The translations under genes were made by a program, and so were the position numbers. The notes beneath the pieces are model-generated. The model saw only the letters and a program-made list of their open reading frames with translations, had not been told where the DNA came from and did not search any database. A stretch of DNA of 64,000 bases from assembly GCA_963845245.1 (NCBI GenBank), contig CAWJRJ010000017.1, forward strand, positions 227,291-291,290, read 5' to 3'. Below are positions 22,285 to 31,682 of the stretch, in pieces. Each line of letters opens with the position of its first letter. Position 1 is the first letter of the stretch. This stretch comes from Nitrospirota bacterium. Lineage in GTDB: Bacteria > Nitrospirota > JACRHJ01.

Positions 22285-23872
22285 AAGGGCCAGGGTGGGC
22301 GTAATGCCCCAGAAGGCACAGGCCAAGCCCCTCTCCATACAGATACATACGGCTGAGCTTGAAAAGAAAGCCAGCAAGGAGAGGATGAAGAAGGCCGCGC
22401 TTGGCGGAGCTTTGGCTTTCTGTCTGACATTGCTGCTTGCTGACTACTCGGAGCTAGCCAGGATGGGGCCTCTAAACATCCTCCAGTCTCTCATAGGCCT
22501 GATCCTGATAGTATCTCTCCCCCTGTACATATTGTACCGGGACATGCGCCGTTACAAGAAGGCCTTGACCCGGGACCTGCAGAAACTCCTGCTTGTATGC
22601 GTAATACTTGTCGGCGCGGTGGGCATATCCAGGTTCTCTGCTGAAATATTCTCCACATTTACCGGCAACCTGCCCGGCATCGGCAAGGGTACGGGCTACT
22701 TCGCGATACCGATTGCCGCTGGAGCCATGCTTGCCACCTTACTCTTCGATATACACATAGGGATAGTGTTCTCGATAGTGATGAGCATATTCGGTGGGAT
22801 ACTTATAGTATCGGAGCCTCTCTTCGCTTTTTATACTTTCATGGGCAGCATAATTGCCGCCTTCAGCGTGATAAGGTGCACCCAGCGTTCCGCACTGCTA
22901 CGGGCCGGAATGTTCATAGCGCTCGCAAACGCCGGGACGGTGGCGTGTATAGACCTCTACCAGCATGAGTTATTCACAAGGGTCGGGCTGTACGACATAA
23001 TTGCCGGCATCATGGGAGGGTTTTTCTCGGCGATACTGGTGTCTGGTATACTACCGCTCCTTGAATCGCTGTTCAAGGTAGTGACGGACATCAGCCTTCT
23101 CGAGTACAGTGACCTGAACCGGCCGCTTTTAAAACAACTGATGGTGTCTGCGCCGGGTACTTACCACCATAGCGTTATAATCGGTACCCTTGCCGAGGCT
23201 GCTGCTGAGGCCGTTGGGGTCAACCCGTTGATGGCAAGGGTGGCGGCATATTATCACGATATAGGCAAGATAAAAAAACCTGAATACTTCATCGAAAACC
23301 AGGCCAAGGGAGAGAACAGGCATGACCGGCTCACGCCGAGCATGAGCAGCCTTATAATAGCATCCCATGTAAAAGAAGGCATGGAACTCGCAAAAGAGTT
23401 CAAGCTTCCGCCGCAGATAGCCGATATTATACAACAACACCACGGTTCAGCCCTCATGACTTACTTTTACGAGAAGGCAAAAGATGCCGAAGGTGCAGGC
23501 CAGGCGCTGATAAACGAGGATGACTACCGTTACCCCGGACCGAAGCCGCAAACAAAGGTAGCCGCTATCGTGATGCTGGCCGACGCGGTTGAGGCTGCAT
23601 CAAGGGTATTGGACAATCCCACCCCGCAGAGGATAGCCGCGCTTGTGGACAAGATAGTGAACAGGATATTCGCGGACGGGCAGCTTAATGAATGCGAGCT
23701 GACCCTGAAGGACCTCACGGAGATAATCAAGAGCTTCAACCTTCTCCTTTCAGGTATCTACCATCACCGGATTGATTATCCGGGGCTGGGCATACCATCC
23801 GGAGGCAAAAAATTTGGCAGTTCTGGTATCAAATACTCAGAAGAAGGTAAGGGTATCGGCTGGCAGGCTTAA
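22265..23872 (+). CDS. 7TM-HD phosphohydrolase (PgpH-like)
   Basis: Multiple TM helices, then APGTYHHS, YYHDIGK, HHG, MLAD. Confidence 0.88.
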   Translation: MSSLKDERARVGVMPQKAQAKPLSIQIHTAELEKKASKERMKKAALGGALAFCLTLLLADYSELARMGPLNILQSLIGLILIVSLPLYILYRDMRRYKKALTRDLQKLLLVCVILVGAVGISRFSAEIFSTFTGNLPGIGKGTGYFAIPIAAGAMLATLLFDIHIGIVFSIVMSIFGGILIVSEPLFAFYTFMGSIIAAFSVIRCTQRSALLRAGMFIALANAGTVACIDLYQHELFTRVGLYDIIAGIMGGFFSAILVSGILPLLESLFKVVTDISLLEYSDLNRPLLKQLMVSAPGTYHHSVIIGTLAEAAAEAVGVNPLMARVAAYYHDIGKIKKPEYFIENQAKGENRHDRLTPSMSSLIIASHVKEGMELAKEFKLPPQIADIIQQHHGSALMTYFYEKAKDAEGAGQALINEDDYRYPGPKPQTKVAAIVMLADAVEAASRVLDNPTPQRIAALVDKIVNRIFADGQLNECELTLKDLTEIIKSFNLLLSGIYHHRIDYPGLGIPSGGKKFGSSGIKYSEEGKGIGWQA

Positions 23873-24278
23873 GAAAGCCGCCAGCACTGTGCTGGAATAT
23901 ATGGGCTGCCCCGACGCCGAGCTAAGCATCCTCATTACCGGCGACAGGAAGATGCGGTCACTGAACAGGCAATACCGTGGCATTGACAGCACCACGGACG
24001 TCCTTTCATTTCCTGTGCTCGAAGGTGAGGCTTCTTTCAAGGCCGCTTTCAGCGGTGAGGGCGGGCCGCCGCCTGCGTTGGGCGACATCGTTATATCCGC
24101 CGCGCGAGCATTGAAGCAGTCCGAAGAGATAGGCCAGACCCTCGATGATGAGATGCTGTTTCTCCTTGTACACGGCATCCTTCACCTCCTTGGATATGAC
24201 CATGAAAAGTCATCTTCCGAAAAACGTTCAATGGAGAAGAAGCAGAAGGAACTTGTCGGGCTTTTGAGGCGTAATTGA
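23814..24278 (+). CDS. ybeY: rRNA maturation endoribonuclease YbeY
   Basis: TDVLSF, HGILHLLGYDH; TTG 23814 after GGAGG. Confidence 0.95.
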   Translation: MAVLVSNTQKKVRVSAGRLKKAASTVLEYMGCPDAELSILITGDRKMRSLNRQYRGIDSTTDVLSFPVLEGEASFKAAFSGEGGPPPALGDIVISAARALKQSEEIGQTLDDEMLFLLVHGILHLLGYDHEKSSSEKRSMEKKQKELVGLLRRN

Positions 24279-24976
24279 AACCGAAAAGCTGGTACCAGAG
24301 CGCAAACCTTGCCATAGAAGGCATCCTGTATGCCGCCAAGACCCAGAAGCACCTGCGCTGGCACTTCATATCGGCTGCGCTGGTAATATTGGTTGCCCTT
24401 TATCTTGGCCTTGGCAAGATGGAGTTTGTGGCGCTCTCGCTTGCGATAGTCATCGTGCTAGTGGCCGAGATTTTGAACACGGCAATTGAGGCTGCGGTCG
24501 ACCTCATCTCCGATACATACCACCCGATCGCCAAGGTAGCGAAAGATACCGCAGCCGGTGCGGTTTTCGTGGCATCCTGTGGTGCATTAATACTTGGCTT
24601 TCTCATACTTTATCCGTACGTTGCCAAATCCGTCGAGGTGGGTGTGTCGCAGGTGAGGTTGGCCGGAGAGAACATCGCATTCATGGCCTTCGTCGTGGTG
24701 GTCATCGCGGTCATAATCGCGAAGGCATACTTTGGGCGCGGGCGGCCTCTTGAAGGCGGTATGCCCAGCGGCCACGCAGCTACCGCATTTTCCATCTGGG
24801 TTGCGGTGCTGTTCCTTACGTCGAACGCGCTCATAGCCATACTCGTGTTCATAATGGCGGTTTTGATAAGCCACAGCAGGGTCGCGATGGGTATACACTC
24901 TGTACGGGAAGTAACGCTGGGCGCTCTTTTGGGCGGGCTTATCACCCTCTTTATATTCCTGTTGTTCGCGTCTTAG
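24275..24976 (+). CDS. dgkA: Diacylglycerol/undecaprenol kinase fused to a PAP2 phosphatase domain
   Basis: EILNTAIE, AKDTAAGAV; GMPSGH, SRVAMGIH. Confidence 0.9.
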   Translation: MKPKSWYQSANLAIEGILYAAKTQKHLRWHFISAALVILVALYLGLGKMEFVALSLAIVIVLVAEILNTAIEAAVDLISDTYHPIAKVAKDTAAGAVFVASCGALILGFLILYPYVAKSVEVGVSQVRLAGENIAFMAFVVVVIAVIIAKAYFGRGRPLEGGMPSGHAATAFSIWVAVLFLTSNALIAILVFIMAVLISHSRVAMGIHSVREVTLGALLGGLITLFIFLLFAS

Positions 24977-24985
24977 TGGGGGCAG

Positions 24986-25339
24986 TTGTTCCAGGAAATA
25001 TTACAAAAAGTAGTAGATAACGTAGCAGGCGCTGCCGGGGTGATATTTGCAGACTGGGATGGCGAGTCTGTCGAATTCGTATCAAACGCGAAAGAAGAGG
25101 ATATTAAACTCCTCGGCGCTCACCAGGGAATCATACTGAACCTTGCAAGGGAGGTTGCCGAAAATTGCGCCCAGGGGAGCATAAACGGTATGTTGGTAAG
25201 CTCTGATGTGGGCAGGGTGGTAGTCCAGCCGGTAAAAGAGGGATACTATCTGGTTATGCTGCTCCCGCCTCACGGCAATGTCGGGATCGCTTTTAAAAGG
25301 CTGAGGGAGGCTGCGGAACTTTTCAGGCAGGAGATATAG
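24986..25339 (+). CDS. Roadblock/LC7 (MglB-like) domain protein
   Basis: F.EIL..VV..V.GA.GVIFADWDGE pattern, 117 aa. Confidence 0.7.
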   Translation: MFQEILQKVVDNVAGAAGVIFADWDGESVEFVSNAKEEDIKLLGAHQGIILNLAREVAENCAQGSINGMLVSSDVGRVVVQPVKEGYYLVMLLPPHGNVGIAFKRLREAAELFRQEI

Positions 25340-25678
25340 ATGAGATATATTCAGGCTTGTTTGGCGGTTTTACTGCTGCAATGTTTTTTTGGTACATTGG
25401 TAGCTCATGCCTCTAACGAATGTCTGAGTGCGAGCTGCCACGCAAAGATGCTTGATGCAAAATACGTCCATGGGCCTGTAGCTGTGGGAGACTGCGGGTT
25501 CTGCCACACTCAGACCGGCAAGCATAGCTTCAAGCTTTCGGCTAATGGCGCTGGACTTTGCGGCTCCTGTCATGATATAAAGGTTAAAGCCAACTGCATT
25601 TCCTGTCATGACCCGCATGGGTCGGCAAGGGAATTTCAACTAAAGCCGGGAGTATCCGGCAACTGCAAAAAGCAATAA
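25340..25678 (+). CDS. Small exported multiheme cytochrome c (3 CXXCH plus 1 CX4CH)
   Basis: Signal peptide; CLSASCH, CGFCH, CGSCH, CISCHDPHGS. Confidence 0.88.
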   Translation: MRYIQACLAVLLLQCFFGTLVAHASNECLSASCHAKMLDAKYVHGPVAVGDCGFCHTQTGKHSFKLSANGAGLCGSCHDIKVKANCISCHDPHGSAREFQLKPGVSGNCKKQ

Positions 25679-25690
25679 ACGGGGGGTATT

Positions 25691-26599
25691 TTGGGTTTTT
25701 TCGACAAACTTAAAGCTGGGCTGACCAAGACGCGTAACCAACTCGTCACCGGCATAGAAAACGTAGTACTTGGTAAGAAAAAAATAGACGAAAACCTTAT
25801 GGAGGAGCTTGAGGAGGTGATGATACTTGCCGACCTTGGCGTCGATACCACAAGGGGTATAATAGACAGCGTCCGGGAAAAGGTCAAGCGCAACGAACTG
25901 ACCGACGCCGACCTTCTTAAAAAGGAGATAAAAGAACAGATAAGAGCTATACTTAAAAACAGGACTTGTGAACTCCGCGGTGGGGACAGCCTGGCAGTGT
26001 ACCTCATAATCGGTGTAAACGGCACCGGCAAGACCACCACCATTGGAAAACTCTCCGCGAAGCTTCGGGCCGATGGAAAGAAGGTGCTCCTGGCCGCCGG
26101 TGACACTTTCAGGGCAGCGGCAGCCGAACAGCTGGTGCTTTGGGGCGAACGAACGGGCGCGGACGTTATAAGGCATAAAAGCGGCGCGGACCCAGGCGCG
26201 GTCGTCTTTGACGCGATAGCCGCCGCCCGCGCAAGGGAGGCGGAAGTTTTGTTGGTAGACACGGCCGGGAGGCTTCATACCAAAACAAACCTCATGGAAG
26301 AGTTAAAAAAGATCAACCGCGTGATTGAGCGTGAGTTGCCTGGTGAGCCTCGTGAAGTGCTGCTGGTGCTGGACGCGACTACAGGCCAGAACGCGCTTTC
26401 TCAGGCGAAGCTTTTTAATCAGGCGATAGGCGTGACAGGCATAGTGCTTACGAAGCTTGATGGGACGGCGAAGGGTGGGATAGTAGTCGCCATAACTTCG
26501 GAACTTGGAATCCCAGTGAAGATGGTGGGGGTGGGCGAGCAAGTCGATGACCTACAGCCCTTCGACCCGGATGAATATGTGGACGCGCTCTTCGCCTGA
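25691..26599 (+). CDS. ftsY: SRP receptor FtsY
   Basis: GVNGTGKTT, DTFRAAA, DTAGR, TKLDGTAKGG. Confidence 0.97.
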   Translation: MGFFDKLKAGLTKTRNQLVTGIENVVLGKKKIDENLMEELEEVMILADLGVDTTRGIIDSVREKVKRNELTDADLLKKEIKEQIRAILKNRTCELRGGDSLAVYLIIGVNGTGKTTTIGKLSAKLRADGKKVLLAAGDTFRAAAAEQLVLWGERTGADVIRHKSGADPGAVVFDAIAAARAREAEVLLVDTAGRLHTKTNLMEELKKINRVIERELPGEPREVLLVLDATTGQNALSQAKLFNQAIGVTGIVLTKLDGTAKGGIVVAITSELGIPVKMVGVGEQVDDLQPFDPDEYVDALFA

Positions 26600-26625
26600 A
26601 AACTGAAGTAAGCGGGACGTATGTA

Positions 26626-29600
26626 ATGTTAAGGTTAATCGCAGCATCGGTCTTGGCCGCCCTATTACTCTGTTTGGTGTCTCCATCTGCTTTCGCGCAG
26701 CCGCAAGGGCAAAACCCCTCCACCATAGGCCTTAAGAACTTCGCGTTCGATGTAAAAAAAGGCGAGCCATCCGTACCCCCAGGGCTTCAAGGCAAGCCCT
26801 CCGCCGGCAGCAACGACTTCATGATAATAAAATTCAAGGATAAAAACAACGCCGCCGACCGCGAAAGACTGGCAAAGTGCGGCGTGCACTTCTTTGGGTA
26901 CATCCCCGTAAACGCGTTTCTTGCCAAGGTGCCGAAAGGCAGGGTGGGCGATATTGCCAATGATCCGGCAATCGAGTTCATCGGGTCGTACAAGCCCGCA
27001 TACCGGCTGGACACCGATGTCCTGGAATGGGTTAAAAAGGGAGAAAAGGGCGAAAAAAAACTGGTGCTCCAGGCGTTTGACGGCGAGGACCTGGCGCCTA
27101 TAAAGAAGGCTATCGAGTCACTTGGCGGCAGCTGGGAGGTCATATCCGATACGCCGGGACTGAACGGCAAATTCCTGAAGGTACGCATTGACGCATCCAA
27201 GATTCCGGACCTTGCCGACGTTTACGGCGTGCAGTGGATAGAGCAGGAGAGGATACCGACCCTTTTCAATGACATTTCTAAAACAGTGATTAAGGCCGAT
27301 TATTTATGGGGCCTGGGGGTGCCGCTACGAGGAACCGGTCAGGTGATAGGTATCTGCGATACAGGCCTTGATACCGGCAATATTACCACCATTCATCCCG
27401 ACTTCGCCGCTCAGACATCTGGCGGTCTTACAAGGGTCAAGCAGACCTTCTCATACGGCAGGACAAACAAATGGAGCGACCCTGATGGACACGGCACTCA
27501 TACTGCCGGCTCTATCGTAGGGGCGGGTGTGGAGTCAAACCTGCTTAATCCTGGGATGTTTGTCAGGGGTATGTCCTATGACGCGCAGCTTGTGTTCCAA
27601 TCCGTCCTTAATTCAAGCGGCGGCCTTTCCATCCCGGATATCAATGCCGTGGTTTTCCCGGACGCTTATAATGCAGGCGCAAGGCTGCACTCGAACAGCT
27701 GGGGATACAGTGGCAGTAACGGTGCGTATAATTCAGACTCCGTGCGTGCCGACACATATACATGGAACCACAAGGACTTCCTGCCTTTATTTGCGGCAGG
27801 CAACGACGGCACTGATGCCAGCAAGGATGGAATAATCGACCTGGGTTCGGTGTCAGCTCCGGGAACTGCAAAAAACGTACTTACGGTCGGAGCGTCCGAA
27901 AATAACAGATCTGCTTTAACCCCGACTTATGGCCAGAGCTGGCCGTCTGGCTTCCCTGCCGAACCCGTTTTCAGCGACAAGATGGCAAACAATGTAAACG
28001 GCATGGTCGCCTTTAGCGGCCGCGGCCCTACGGCTGACGGCCGGATCAAGCCCGACTTGGTTGCGCCCGGCACCTGGGTACTTTCTGATAAATCCAGCTT
28101 GGCTCCATCTGGTAATTACTGGGCGAATCCTTCCTATGCAGGTCTGCCTTCTACGATGGATACATATTACGCATTCGACGGCGGCACGAGCATGGCCACC
28201 CCTCTTACGGCCGGTGCTGCTGCTCTGATCAGGGAGTATCTGGTCAACAACGGTCTATCTGGCCCATCATCAGCCCTGATAAAATGCATTATGATTGCCG
28301 GGGCGGCGGATGTTTCACCCGGGCAGTACAGCATGCCAAAGAACGACATTACAGCACGCCCTGACAATAATCAAGGGTGGGGCAGAGTGGATTTAAAGGA
28401 GTCGCTTTACCCGGACTTACCCAAGAGGACGATATTCGACGACCATGCCGCCGGTCTTCAGACCGGCGGTTTTTTTAGTTATAACTACTGGCTTTCAGAT
28501 GCAACGGTGCCAGTCAGGGTCAATATCGTATGGACTGATTACCCAGGCGCAGCTTACTCTTCGGTGAACCTGGTGAATGATTTGGACCTTGTTGTTACCG
28601 CCCCGGACGGGCGAGTCTACCACGGAAACCGCTACAACGGTTCGGTTTCAACACCTGGCGACCAGGGATTCGACAGACTGAATAACGTGGAGGGGGTCAC
28701 TATCCCTGCATCGGCACTAACCACAGGCACCTTGGTAGTACAGGTGCAGGCTTACAGCGTCCCGTCAGGGCCGCAACCATTTTCCATGGTAATTTCAGGT
28801 GCGGTATACGGCAAACCGACGGTAGGCACCGTTTCGCCTTCCTCCGGCATCAACAATGTCCAGACAGGCGTATTGATAGGCGGAGGCAACTTTGCACCAA
28901 ATGCAAGCCTGTATGTCGGCGCGGTGCAGTGTCAGGTAATATCTGTCAACCCCACGAGCATATCCGGTATAGTCCCCGCAGGCATACCTGCCGGTACTTA
29001 TGGTGTGAAGGTCGTAAACCCCGACAGCCAGTTTGCCATCCTTGACGCAAGCTTCCAGTCAATTGGTGATGCAACTATACCAGCCGCCCCCAGGGGATTG
29101 CATGCCTCCCCCGGCAATGCCACCATAAACGTCCAGTGGACACAAAATGCCGAGCCGGACCTAACGGGTTACAGGATATATTTCAACGGTTACTCGACCA
29201 CCGCCGGTCATGTGGGGAGCCACAGGATTACAGGGCTGGTCAACGGCCAGAACTACGACATTACTGTCAAGGCTATTGATGCTGCACTTAACGCAGGCCC
29301 GGCCGCCGGGCCTGTCGTCGCGACGCCTGTTGCCCCAGACTCGGACCTGCCGCACTATACATGGGATGGCTCGCCTGTATGGTCGTGTGATAGCTGCCAT
29401 ATTGAAGGGACAGGCAACGGTATACTTTCAGCAGATTTCAATTACAAATCTGAGCAGGCGCTCTGTCTGAGCTGTCACAACACGGCTTCTGTAGCTCACG
29501 CCAGCCCGATAACGGTGAAGGGGTCACACAAGACAATGGTAAACGTAACCGCTGGTGGAGCGAGGCGGCCATCTTACGGCACGGTTACCTCAGGAGAGTA

Positions 29601-30303
29601 CTCTGACTCTATGTATAGCCATTTGAAAGACGGGGACAAGATCGTCTGCGTAACATGCCACAATGTAATGCGCAAGACGTACGACGTCGGACGTTCGTGG
29701 GAGTACACTTCCAGTGTTGATAACACTATCTTCAGTCTGTTCCGAGGAGGTTGGTGGGACCAGGGGCATATGTCGCCGTCCGTCTATACCGATTCCGTAT
29801 TATGGACGCCCAGCTATTCGAAGGACAGGGAGGCATTAAGGGTTGATGACGGGAAGTACCGATTTGACGAATATACCGGGAGGATAATCTTCAACAGTAC
29901 CACCCAGGGATATGTCTATGCCACACTGGATGACCCATACCTGCGTGTGCCCGGGAGCGACAATACAATATGTTCCGACTGCCATGGTGCACTGGCGACA
30001 CACCAGTCATTAAATTGCCTCGTCTGCCACAGCGCTCATGGGACAGAAAACATAAAGGATATAAAGTCGAAAGTCAGGAGGCCTGGAGGCATATCAAGAG
30101 ATGTGGTGTTCCTGAGATATACCGGGGGTGGTTCGTTTGCGGATGGAGCAGGTAAGGTAGACGGCATCTGCGAGGTCTGCCATGTGTCCACGCTTTACTA
30201 CCGATTTGACGGCAGCGGTAACACACTTCATCTTGACGGGAATAATTACTCAGGAAAGGACTGTTCCGCTTGCCATACGCATGTAATGGGTTTTGGGAAG
30301 TAG
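26626..30303 (+). CDS. Exported S8 subtilase - IPT/TIG - FN3 - heptaheme cytochrome c fusion
   Basis: Signal peptide; triad motifs ICDTG, GHGTH, GTSMATP; oxyanion AAGND; seven CXXCH motifs at 29386-30276; one uninterrupted ORF. Confidence 0.9.
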   Translation: MLRLIAASVLAALLLCLVSPSAFAQPQGQNPSTIGLKNFAFDVKKGEPSVPPGLQGKPSAGSNDFMIIKFKDKNNAADRERLAKCGVHFFGYIPVNAFLAKVPKGRVGDIANDPAIEFIGSYKPAYRLDTDVLEWVKKGEKGEKKLVLQAFDGEDLAPIKKAIESLGGSWEVISDTPGLNGKFLKVRIDASKIPDLADVYGVQWIEQERIPTLFNDISKTVIKADYLWGLGVPLRGTGQVIGICDTGLDTGNITTIHPDFAAQTSGGLTRVKQTFSYGRTNKWSDPDGHGTHTAGSIVGAGVESNLLNPGMFVRGMSYDAQLVFQSVLNSSGGLSIPDINAVVFPDAYNAGARLHSNSWGYSGSNGAYNSDSVRADTYTWNHKDFLPLFAAGNDGTDASKDGIIDLGSVSAPGTAKNVLTVGASENNRSALTPTYGQSWPSGFPAEPVFSDKMANNVNGMVAFSGRGPTADGRIKPDLVAPGTWVLSDKSSLAPSGNYWANPSYAGLPSTMDTYYAFDGGTSMATPLTAGAAALIREYLVNNGLSGPSSALIKCIMIAGAADVSPGQYSMPKNDITARPDNNQGWGRVDLKESLYPDLPKRTIFDDHAAGLQTGGFFSYNYWLSDATVPVRVNIVWTDYPGAAYSSVNLVNDLDLVVTAPDGRVYHGNRYNGSVSTPGDQGFDRLNNVEGVTIPASALTTGTLVVQVQAYSVPSGPQPFSMVISGAVYGKPTVGTVSPSSGINNVQTGVLIGGGNFAPNASLYVGAVQCQVISVNPTSISGIVPAGIPAGTYGVKVVNPDSQFAILDASFQSIGDATIPAAPRGLHASPGNATINVQWTQNAEPDLTGYRIYFNGYSTTAGHVGSHRITGLVNGQNYDITVKAIDAALNAGPAAGPVVATPVAPDSDLPHYTWDGSPVWSCDSCHIEGTGNGILSADFNYKSEQALCLSCHNTASVAHASPITVKGSHKTMVNVTAGGARRPSYGTVTSGEYSDSMYSHLKDGDKIVCVTCHNVMRKTYDVGRSWEYTSSVDNTIFSLFRGGWWDQGHMSPSVYTDSVLWTPSYSKDREALRVDDGKYRFDEYTGRIIFNSTTQGYVYATLDDPYLRVPGSDNTICSDCHGALATHQSLNCLVCHSAHGTENIKDIKSKVRRPGGISRDVVFLRYTGGGSFADGAGKVDGICEVCHVSTLYYRFDGSGNTLHLDGNNYSGKDCSACHTHVMGFGK

Positions 30304-31323
30304 TCAGCAGATCCGTGGTAGCTGCTCTCCGCTCAGCATGTCGATTATACGCGTTCCGCCTATCAGGGTCTTCATCAGGACCCTACCGGGATGGTCTGCT
30401 ACCACCCTGCCGATAACCGTCGAGCCAACGCCGTAACGGTTCTTTTTCATTACTTCAAGTACGGCCTCAGCACTGCCTGAGGGTATGGACGCAATGAGCT
30501 TTCCCTCGTTTGCCACATATAGCGGGTCGAGCCCGAGTATCTCGCACGCGCCCCGCACGCTGTCTGTCACCGGCAGGGTTTTTTCATCTATAACTATCCC
30601 TACCCCTGAACCTTCGGCAAATTCTATTAGCGTAGAGGTTACTCCGCCCCGTGTAGGGTCCCTGAATGCGTGGACATCAGGGCATACGGCAAGTATGTCT
30701 GAGACGAGGGAGTTAAGCGGGGCGCTGTCCGAGAGGATGTCCGTCTCAAAACCCAACCCCTCCCTTTTTGACATCACGGCCATGCCGTGGTCGCCTATGG
30801 TCCCGGATATGATTATCACGTCACCGGGCTTCAGGTTTTTGGAAGATATGTTTACCCCGGCTGGAACGATCCCGACGCCTGATGTGTTTATGAATATCCT
30901 GTCGGCCTTGCCCCGGTCTACGACCTTAGTATCGCCAGCGACGATTATTACTCCGGCCGTCTCTGCCGCTTCCTTCATCGAATCTACTATCTCTTCAAGC
31001 TCCGATAGTGGAAGCCCTTCCTCGACAATGAAACCGGTAGTGAGGTAGAGCGGTCTTGCTCCGGCCATTGCAAGGTCGTTCACAGTGCCGTTCACCGCGA
31101 GGTCTCCGATATTACCACCCGGGAAGAATACAGGACTGACTACATAGGAGTCGGTGGTGACGGCAAGTTTCTCGCCAGGTCCGATCTTCAGGTCGAGCAC
31201 GGCTGAGTCTTCAGAGCCAAGGCCTGCATTACCGTCGGAGAATGCTGGTATAAAAAACTTTTCTATAAGCTCCCGCATCATCCTGCCGCCGGAGCCGTGG
31301 CCCAGTAATATTTTTTCTTCCAT
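30304..31323 (-). CDS. hypE: Hydrogenase maturation protein HypE
   Basis: ILLGHGSGG, DPTRGG, C-terminal PRIC. Confidence 0.96.
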   Translation of the reverse strand: MEEKILLGHGSGGRMMRELIEKFFIPAFSDGNAGLGSEDSAVLDLKIGPGEKLAVTTDSYVVSPVFFPGGNIGDLAVNGTVNDLAMAGARPLYLTTGFIVEEGLPLSELEEIVDSMKEAAETAGVIIVAGDTKVVDRGKADRIFINTSGVGIVPAGVNISSKNLKPGDVIIISGTIGDHGMAVMSKREGLGFETDILSDSAPLNSLVSDILAVCPDVHAFRDPTRGGVTSTLIEFAEGSGVGIVIDEKTLPVTDSVRGACEILGLDPLYVANEGKLIASIPSGSAEAVLEVMKKNRYGVGSTVIGRVVADHPGRVLMKTLIGGTRIIDMLSGEQLPRIC

Positions 31324-31679
31324 TAGTCCTCTGTCCCGGCCTGGCTGAGTACCCATGCCTCAATTTTGTTTGCCACGGTGGGGTCGAGGTCCACAAAGTT
31401 CAAACCCATACCCGGCTCGTCGTTTCCAGCTTTGGAATAAGGGCGGCTCCACACGACCTCGCAAACACATTTTACTAAAATGTCGGTTTTGGGGATGGTG
31501 AACTCTATGTTGAACTTATCTCCGACTTTTTTGGGCGAGACGGTCTGGATAAATATGCCGGAACGGCTGACATTCTTGGCATATCCGAAGAAGTACCTGC
31601 GCTCATCACCCATCTTTACCTGGGTAACAAGTATCGTCCCTCTGAGGTTGGTGCGTCTGTCGGAAGGCGGGTAGTCCAA
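31323..31679 (-). CDS. Stand-alone PilZ domain protein
   Basis: RRTNLR and NVSRSG motifs; GMGLNF. Confidence 0.85.
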   Translation of the reverse strand: MDYPPSDRRTNLRGTILVTQVKMGDERRYFFGYAKNVSRSGIFIQTVSPKKVGDKFNIEFTIPKTDILVKCVCEVVWSRPYSKAGNDEPGMGLNFVDLDPTVANKIEAWVLSQAGTED

Positions 31680-31682
31680 GTG

